Shown here: positions 57,245 to 64,000 of the stretch, in pieces | How the letters are laid out: each line of letters begins with the position of its first letter | How positions within the stretch are numbered: position 1 is the stretch's first letter | Source: a virus | IMG/VR virus record: IMGVR_UViG_3300022680_000058 | Coordinates: 83,980 to 147,979 of that record | Length of the DNA: 64,000 nucleotides | Reading direction: 5' to 3' (one strand) | Notes under the pieces: model-generated | Told to the model about the DNA's origin: nothing | The model's database searches: none | Seen by the model: only the letters and a program-made list of their open reading frames with translations | Position numbers and translations under genes: made by a program

Positions 57245-57636
57245 CAGCCGAATCCCTCTTTGTGGAAGGTGAAGCCGTTCTCATCATCGGCCCATACGTG
57301 CCGTTGATAGGGCTTCCCTTCCGGGATCGGAGCTCCACACACACAAGTGTGCTCTTTACGAGCCTTCTTGACGAAACGGCTCGACGAGAAAAGAATCTTG
57401 GGGCCTTCGTAATCCATGACTACCTCTCTCCTTTGCACTGTTGACGCGCCGCCGCCTGAATATCTGACATGTCAACGTTGTCAACGTGTTCACAGAACCC
57501 GTCAAAGCACGACGGACAGATCCCATGAGTAACTGTGTCGTCGGGCATCAGGCCCTTGTTGACCCACTTCCCGTCAACAAGGACCCGCTTACACCATGAG
57601 CATTGCCGATACATCCCACACCCCCCCAACGACGGC

Positions 57637-58566
57637 TTACGCCGCCTTCTGGACGTTATCGAGGCTTGTCCAAACAGTTCCAGCGGCTGTCTTGAGACCA
57701 ACCCTCTCACACCCTTCATTGTATTTGTCAGGACCGCGCCAGAAAACCACACCGACTGTCCCATCAGGGGCATCACCGCCGTCAACGACCTTGACCTTGA
57801 CACCCTTCCTGACCCCGTCATTGTCCTGGCGAGCAGCCGATTCTTGCTCTGCTCTCTCTCGGGCCTTTTCGGCTTCCGCGAAACGCTTCTCACACTCATG
57901 ACAGCGAATAGTTCCGCCCTTGCCGTCGTAGGCAGGGACGTAACCGTGGCCACCACAAACCGGGCAGCTTCCGTCCCAATTCTCATGACCTTTGACTGTC
58001 CGAACATTGGCGGCAGCGGTCCAATAGGTCTCGCCGTCGTCGCCATTGAATCCAACTCGCTCGCCGTAGTGCGAGTTGCCGACCCAGAAAACGCGCCCCT
58101 TGGTGCCTTGCTTAACCTTGCAGCGTTTCTTGTAGAGCTCGACATACGAGCCCTTGCGAGGCTGGCGGGCGCGGTCTGTCGCCTCAGCAACGCGAAGCTC
58201 ATGATTCCGGACCACCAGCTTCTCGTTCTCGGCGTCCTGCCATCTGTCATAGAGCGCCTTGACTTCGTCAGTGGCATCAACAATAGCCGTCGAGTCCCAC
58301 TCTTCCCAGGGGCGGCTGTAGTAGCCAGCGTTGCTGTCGTAGACGCCCAAGCTCACCTTCCTGGGCTCGCCCTTGTCGAAATCCCAGACGAGAGCGAAAC
58401 ACTGAGTTCCCCAGACGTCGCTCATGATCCGGACCGACTCCGATCCCTTGTCGAGGACACAGCCGACGAAGGCGACCTCTTCCCACTGGGTCTCGATCGC
58501 CCGGTATCTACCAGCTTTGTAAGGGGCAACCTGAAAGGACTGAGTTCTTCGGAATGTGACGGCCAT
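57637..58566 (-). CDS. Early protein with duplicated SH3/KOW-like domain flanking a zinc ribbon
   Basis: RKG..V....GT.G.VFW.G...ERVG....G..WT...NV twice; CPVCGG...CHEC between. Confidence 0.7.
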   Translation of the reverse strand: MAVTFRRTQSFQVAPYKAGRYRAIETQWEEVAFVGCVLDKGSESVRIMSDVWGTQCFALVWDFDKGEPRKVSLGVYDSNAGYYSRPWEEWDSTAIVDATDEVKALYDRWQDAENEKLVVRNHELRVAEATDRARQPRKGSYVELYKKRCKVKQGTKGRVFWVGNSHYGERVGFNGDDGETYWTAAANVRTVKGHENWDGSCPVCGGHGYVPAYDGKGGTIRCHECEKRFAEAEKARERAEQESAARQDNDGVRKGVKVKVVDGGDAPDGTVGVVFWRGPDKYNEGCERVGLKTAAGTVWTSLDNVQKAA

Positions 58567-58589
58567 TTGCTTTCTCCTGCCAACAACTC

Positions 58590-58645
58590 CAATCTAGTGC
58601 CATGATTAGCGTCTGTCAACTAGCCATGGAAGAAAAAAGCAAAAA
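58590..58645 (-). promoter_or_regulatory. Early-type promoter, near-duplicate of 60113-60168
   Basis: TTGACAGACGCTAATCATGGCAC-TAGATT with T-rich upstream element. Confidence 0.75.
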
Positions 58646-58673
58646 AGCGATCATGGAGATGATCTGGAGTTCG

Positions 58674-58719
58674 AAAGAAAAGAAGGCGCCTCACCGGTCG
58701 TCGGAGCGAGGCGCCTTCG
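58674..58719 (-). terminator. Intrinsic terminator
   Basis: GAAGGCGCCTC/GAGGCGCCTTC stem followed by TTTTCTTT on minus strand. Confidence 0.75.
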
Positions 58720-58786
58720 AGCCCTTAGGCTTATGGTTGGCTGGGCAAAACGTAATCACGACATTTCAGGTGTCAACAAGGTGAGG

Positions 58787-60089
58787 TTAGTCTTTTTTCG
58801 TATCAGACCTTTCGATCCTTCTGCGAGCTATCGCCGCCGCATGGAACGGGCCGTCCTCGGACATGGCGAGCAGTCCTGACCCAGACCCGAAGACGAGCCA
58901 AGATTCTTTGATGTAAACCCCGGCGACAATACGTCCAGGCTTGAAGACGATGGCGAAGATCTCGTATTGCCCCTTGGCAATCGTGAGAATTTCTGAGCCA
59001 TAGAGGCTGACAGCAAAGTTCCAACCGTCAGTACCTGCACCCTTCGGGATGTTGCGAATCAGCTCGGACGCCACGTCAGTCTGATACAAAAACCCATTGA
59101 CCCGCACCGTGTCTTGTTTTCCAGAGAATTCATACTCGAATGGATATCGAGCTCCATCATTGACCCATTGAGCCCTCACCTCAAAAAGCAGACCTGACAT
59201 GGTCACCTCCCCCTTTTGATGAGACCGGCTTTCTTGAATCGCCGGATGTATTCGTTCCATCGCTCTCGACCGCCGACGGCACTAACGATGTCGTTGGGGG
59301 TCGCCCCGAGGTCAGCAGCCTTATCGATCGCCGCCTTGAGAACCGAGGGGTCCTGAGCACTGAGGTGCCGACCGATCTCGTTGAGCGCTGGCTTGATCAC
59401 TGTGTCGTATTTGTTTTCCATCGTTCATGCTCCCCTAGTTGATGATTTCTGTTTGCCAGTAACGTGTGCCGCCCCGAACGTCGCACCCAACGATCTGGAT
59501 CTTCCAGACTCTCATGAGCTCATCAATCGTTCCGTACCAGTATCCAAAACCCCGCCAGAGCTTCTCTGGGTCCAAGACCCACCAGACCTTCCCAGCGACG
59601 TCATAGGCCACTACAGGCGCCTCGAAAGGCACCCCAGCGTTCTCCACCTTCTCGACTGCATTCCAACGATCCATCATCTCGAACTCGACGGGGCGCCGTG
59701 GATGGTCCTGCTCGACTCCTCTACTGATCACTTCGTTACCTCTTCTGTATGCCGCAATACCCATCGTCTTCTCACTTTCCCTCTGCCGAGAGAGCGAGCA
59801 ATTCTTCCGCTCTCGAAGCGAACCAAGCGTAGACCGCCAAGTCTTGGATCTCGTGGTCTCTCATGATCTTGATCCGCCCGGCTTCATCGACCCTCGACTT
59901 GACCCGACGGAATCCACCTTCAGGGAGCTCGATGAACTCGGGGACGTCTGCCGTCTCCCTCATGAGCCGAGCAATCTTTCTGATGATGGTGAACTCGTCA
60001 GTCCTGTGCGTCGTACATGCCCCGAAGAGGACCGCTCTGTCCTGCTCGTTCCTGAGTTCCATACCTTCAGCGTAAGTCGTAAGTGCCAT
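58787..60089 (-). other. Four small early hypothetical ORFs (58787..59200, 59203..59421, 59435..59764, 59772..60089)
   Basis: ORF track with RBSs, between promoter and terminator. Confidence 0.65.
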
Positions 60090-60112
60090 GGGGTCTCTCC
60101 CTCTCACATCAA

Positions 60113-60279
60113 CAATCTAGCCCCATGATTTGCGTCTGTCAACTACCATGCGAAAGAAAAAGCAAAAAGTTGGTTTTGGGTGATCACATCGTTTTACGAT
60201 CTTCCTATATAGGCTCTCAATGCCACCTGAAGAGAAATCGAGCGCCCATTATTGACAAACGCAAACATGGCCATACTAT
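60113..60279. promoter_or_regulatory. Divergent early-type promoter pair at strand switch
   Basis: Minus TTGACAGACGCAAATCA..TAGATT (60114-60142); plus TTGACAAACGCAAACA..TACTAT (60252-60279). Confidence 0.75.
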
Positions 60280-60425
60280 CAGTGGTGAGAGGCCGTCATG
60301 AAAAACACAGAACAGCATGATGATTACGACGCTTGGGCCGAAGAGCGAGCCCATGAGTTCAATGAGCTCGATGACGACAGATTCGACATCAGCTCGTGGC
60401 GCCAATTCAACGACGGAGACGAACA

Positions 60426-63400
60426 ATGAGCTATACCATCGAACAGGTCTACAAAAGGATCGAAGCAATCACCGGGAAGAAGCATCGACACGGACAGCTC
60501 AGCGTCTCCAGGTCTCAGGAGTCACAGAACCCAGGTTCTCCACACACATACTTCGGCACCCTCTCTGTGATAATGGGGATGGAGAAATGTCCAGAGGGGG
60601 GGGAGTACGAGCACAAGGTCGACACCAAGCTCACGATCCAAGCGCTCAACACCTCAGACGAGACAATGGCACTCGCCCATGTCGCCGCGACCTCCGAGCT
60701 CACTCTCATGCTGAGCCATATCAATGCCATCGTCAGAGATGAGCGGTGGGACGACAAGGAATCCATGGACTTCCACATGAAGTGCCGTGAAGAGCTCAAG
60801 GAGACAGAGCATGAATGACACGCCACCATACAAGCGGTTCAGGCTCCACTGGCTCTCTGGTGACACTGAAGTAACCGAGGGACACAACATCGCCCACGCC
60901 TTCAGTCGCGCCGGATATGGGGGTGGTGCAATCAGAGCTCTCGACTGGTACGAGGAGATCAAAGAAGAGGAGAACCATGAGCCGCCGTCGGATCAATAAG
61001 GGACGAGAGAGAAAGCTCTTCAAAAAGCTCAATGCCAGACGACGAGAAGCGAGAGCTCTCCTCGAACGTCCAGACACATGGCCTGAACACTGGATCATGG
61101 AGCGTGTCCTCGACTCATTCAACCTCAAACCAGCATCATGGATCATTCTCAGGACTGGAACATACACCGGTTGGATTTACTGGGAGCAGGAGAATGGATA
61201 CTGGACAGGCGACGTTGATGAGTTCGAGGGTAGAATCCCGACACCTCACGTCTCTGGACGGTCCGCCCAAGAAACTTTGGATGCCTTGAAAAGCTTCATC
61301 GTTGGTGAGATCGCCCGGTATTCAGAGAGACGAGAAATCATCCCGGACGTACGAGGTGACGGTCTTCTTCACATCGTCATTCACAAGGACGACGAAATTA
61401 CAACGAAAAGGGCAGGACAATGACAACATCAGGGAACCTCAGGGCTTTTCAATCCACCGTGTACATCATCAATCGAGACATCACGCCTCTCGGTCACTGC
61501 GTGAAGTATGAGGTCGAAGAGGTGAGAGTCCTTCGACGACAATGGGCGCAGTATCCTGGCGCCGTCTGTGTGGAGCTCAGAACCTCCGAAGGCACCATCA
61601 AGGTCAACATTGGAGATCGTCCCTATGTGGTGATCCTTGGCCACCATGGTCACCCAGAACCTCCTGAGCCCTTTCAAATCAAGACTCAAAAGACGAGACA
61701 TCTCCCCGACGGAACAGCCTACGAAGTCACAACAGAACAAGCCAAGTTCCATTCGATCGGCATGGGGTACGCTCGTGAGTTTGATCAATTCCTCGAAGAG
61801 TACCTCAACGAAACCCCGAGCGTCGCTCTCATCGGGGACTATCGGTTCACCAATGGACTCGACACCAGGGATCAGGGTGCCGCCGCTGACTTCAACATCG
61901 CCCGCGTCGACAGCATCTATGGACAGCTCACAGAGGACGCAGGAGTCGACAACCTCATAGCACAGATGACGGCTCAGAAGTATGTCTACGGGAGCCCCAA
62001 CGCCGCCGCCATGGTCCTCTGCAACGCCAAAATTATGTGCACCGTCGTTCCCGGTGAAAAGCTCCCTGAAGCCCTCCACGTCAACGGTGTCACCATCGAG
62101 CCCGAAGACTTCTTCGAGAGAAAGCTCAGAATCAAGCCCATTACCACACCTGTGGACACCAAAGGGGAGCGCATCAAATTCGGCGGAAAAGGGAACATCT
62201 ACACGAAATCATGGGTCGGCGATGCCATCGCCAAATGGCGAGAAAACAGATAATCGTCAAAAACTTCACCCCCACTGTTGACAAACCAAAACCATACCAC
62301 TAAATTGATTGGTGAGAGGTCAGTGAATGAACGACTTTGTCACCAGAACTGTTGACGGCGCGGCTGCTTTCGCCCGCGCATATCCAACTTGCCCCCCTGA
62401 TGTCACTCTTGCCGATGTCATCGAACCCTATGAAGAGGTCGATGGTGACGTCAAGCAGACCATGGGAACAGTCACAATCCATCGAGCCATCAAGGACCAT
62501 GGACAGAACATCAAAGCTGGTGATCGATACGTTCGGATCGTCACCGGTGGTTACACTGTCGGCGGCGCTCGATGGCTCGATGTCATCAAGGCCAAGCTCG
62601 AAGAAGGACAAGAGATCCCAGGGTGGGCATGGGCCAGGGTTTGTTTTCGCGGATACGTTGAGGAGTAAAACAATGAGCACCAAGCAAGAAGAGATCGATC
62701 TCGATCCCAACAACCCCATCGGGAGAGCCTATGCAGAGGAACTCTGTGAAATCATGGAAGTCGATGCAGGCGCCTTTGCTGGAGATCTTCAAGATATGGC
62801 TCTTGATGCTCATCAACTCGGGCGCCGTGAAGGAATCGAAGAGGGACGAATCAAAGGAATCGAAGAGACTCAACAGTATTTTGACAAACTCCTCTCAAAA
62901 ATCGACGAAAAAATGAACAGAACTACCAGTCTCGGGGCACTTGTTGAGTTCAGAGACCTCCATGAAAATGTCACCATCTTTTCAGGGAATCTCAAGAAAC
63001 TCTTGAAAGACGCCAAAAAAGGATCATGACAATGCCGAGTTCCTTCAGAAGCGACTTTCCAGGCTTCAAAAACTATCCGGCATGCGAAGCCTGTGGAGGT
63101 CCACTAGCCAAGTTCGAGAGCATTCAATGCTCGAAGTGTGCCGCAGAAAATGTCAGACGATTCCTCCAATCCAACGCGTGGCGTCGAGCCAGGGGACACA
63201 AGAACGTCAAAGAATTCGAGATGGAACTCGTCATTCTAAAGAGCAGGTGTAAATCATGACAAAGTGTTTTGGATGTGGAAGAGACCTCGACCATGGCCAC
63301 GATTTCAACTACGGAACTGCTGATCTCGCCGGTGAAAGCAGAAGTTTCTGTGGACGCAACTACCAATACAACAAAGGCTGCTTCATGAAGGCGCTGAAGC

Positions 63401-63912
63401 GGCTCCATGATGATGGGCTCTGTGTCATCTGTGGGGAGCAGAATGACTACTACGCCCCAAGCGGCCCTTGTCACAGGTGTCGAGACAAACTCACATTCGC
63501 CGAAAAGTACCAGCACGAGCCAGCAAGAATCCAGCAAGACGCCATGGAAAAGCTCGCTTACGGACTCGCCAACTACTCTCGATATGGCAAAGAACCAGGA
63601 CAATTGAGAGACCGCTGGCCAGTAATCCTCCTCAAGGACTGTAATGAGGAACTCTCCAGGGCGCTCCTGACATGCCTCAGAGACCTCTGGGAGCTCGACG
63701 TCTCACAGTCACAGGAGAAAGGATTTCAAGAAGGAGCAGACCTCCTCAGAGGCCTCAAGGCTGGAACGATCGGACTCTCCAACTTTCAGGAGAAGGTGGA
63801 AAAGTCTCACAACCGGTGGTCCGACTACGAAAAAGATCGGCGCGGCAAGATTCAGGAACTTCTCGCCATGGCCCTGAAGCTCAAATCAACCGAGGCTAGA
63901 GATGATCTTTGA
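60426..63912 (+). other. Plus-strand early hypothetical ORFs (60426..60818, 60811..60999, 60977..61423, 61420..62253, 62327..62668, 62673..63029, 63026..63259, 63256..63912)
   Basis: Coupled ORFs; internal promoter at 62278; last two with CxxC motifs. Confidence 0.65.
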
Positions 63913-64000
63913 CCTTCCCGAAGATGTCCAAGTTGCTTGGGATCATCTCCTCGAAGACGGGGATGACCCAGAGATTTTGGCGCCCCTCATTCTGGCTCTT
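63902..64000 (+). CDS. Third DLPED-family paralog (truncated by window)
   Basis: MIFDLPEDVQVAWDHLLEDGDDPEILAPLILAL. Confidence 0.8.
   Translation, partial: MIFDLPEDVQVAWDHLLEDGDDPEILAPLILAL

Noticed and set aside
57420-58605. Long overlapping ORFs (57535..58605 +, 57420..58283 -; likewise 26907..27635 +, 34071..34820 -)
   Set aside because: Antisense or alternate-frame shadows expected from GC-rich codon bias; no motifs or RBS.

Overview
Gene-dense 64 kb segment of a large tailed dsDNA phage, mostly on the minus strand up to ~60.1 kb and then on the plus strand. The host is probably Myxococcota/Deltaproteobacteria-like, inferred from a lipoprotein with a myxobacterial-type Cys/Asp repeat. 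The window holds: a replication/recombination module (resolvase-like nuclease, RecA, SF2 helicase, SSB, primase, DnaB, DnaC-like loader); GroES; three putative peptidoglycan enzymes; a ParB-MT-A70 fusion and a second ParB; UvrD/PcrA; an HUH rolling-circle Rep; KhpA, SLOG, HAD, NDT-like and ASCH accessory genes; a full tmRNA; and many small early-type ORFs behind sigma70-like promoters. Structure not explained by ordinary annotation: (1) six or more unrelated proteins share a ~27-aa leader ending in L/M-x-E plus a second (F/Y)xVPSPxQMHRR motif, fused to zincin and ADP-ribosyltransferase-like cargo, suggesting a modular capsid-loading/ejected-effector system; a catalytically dead T4-gp21-like protease domain is also present. 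(2) An ncRNA island where non-canonical tRNA-like elements abut larger structured RNAs, and a second structured RNA uses the same promoter. (3) A tandem trio of promoter-sRNA-terminator units. (4) A 16-bp palindrome dispersed four times (parS-like or Rep-target). (5) A paralog family with a constant N-terminus and a hexamer-repeat Ser/Arg/Trp tail. All calls are by eye from motifs; no database searches or folding programs were run.
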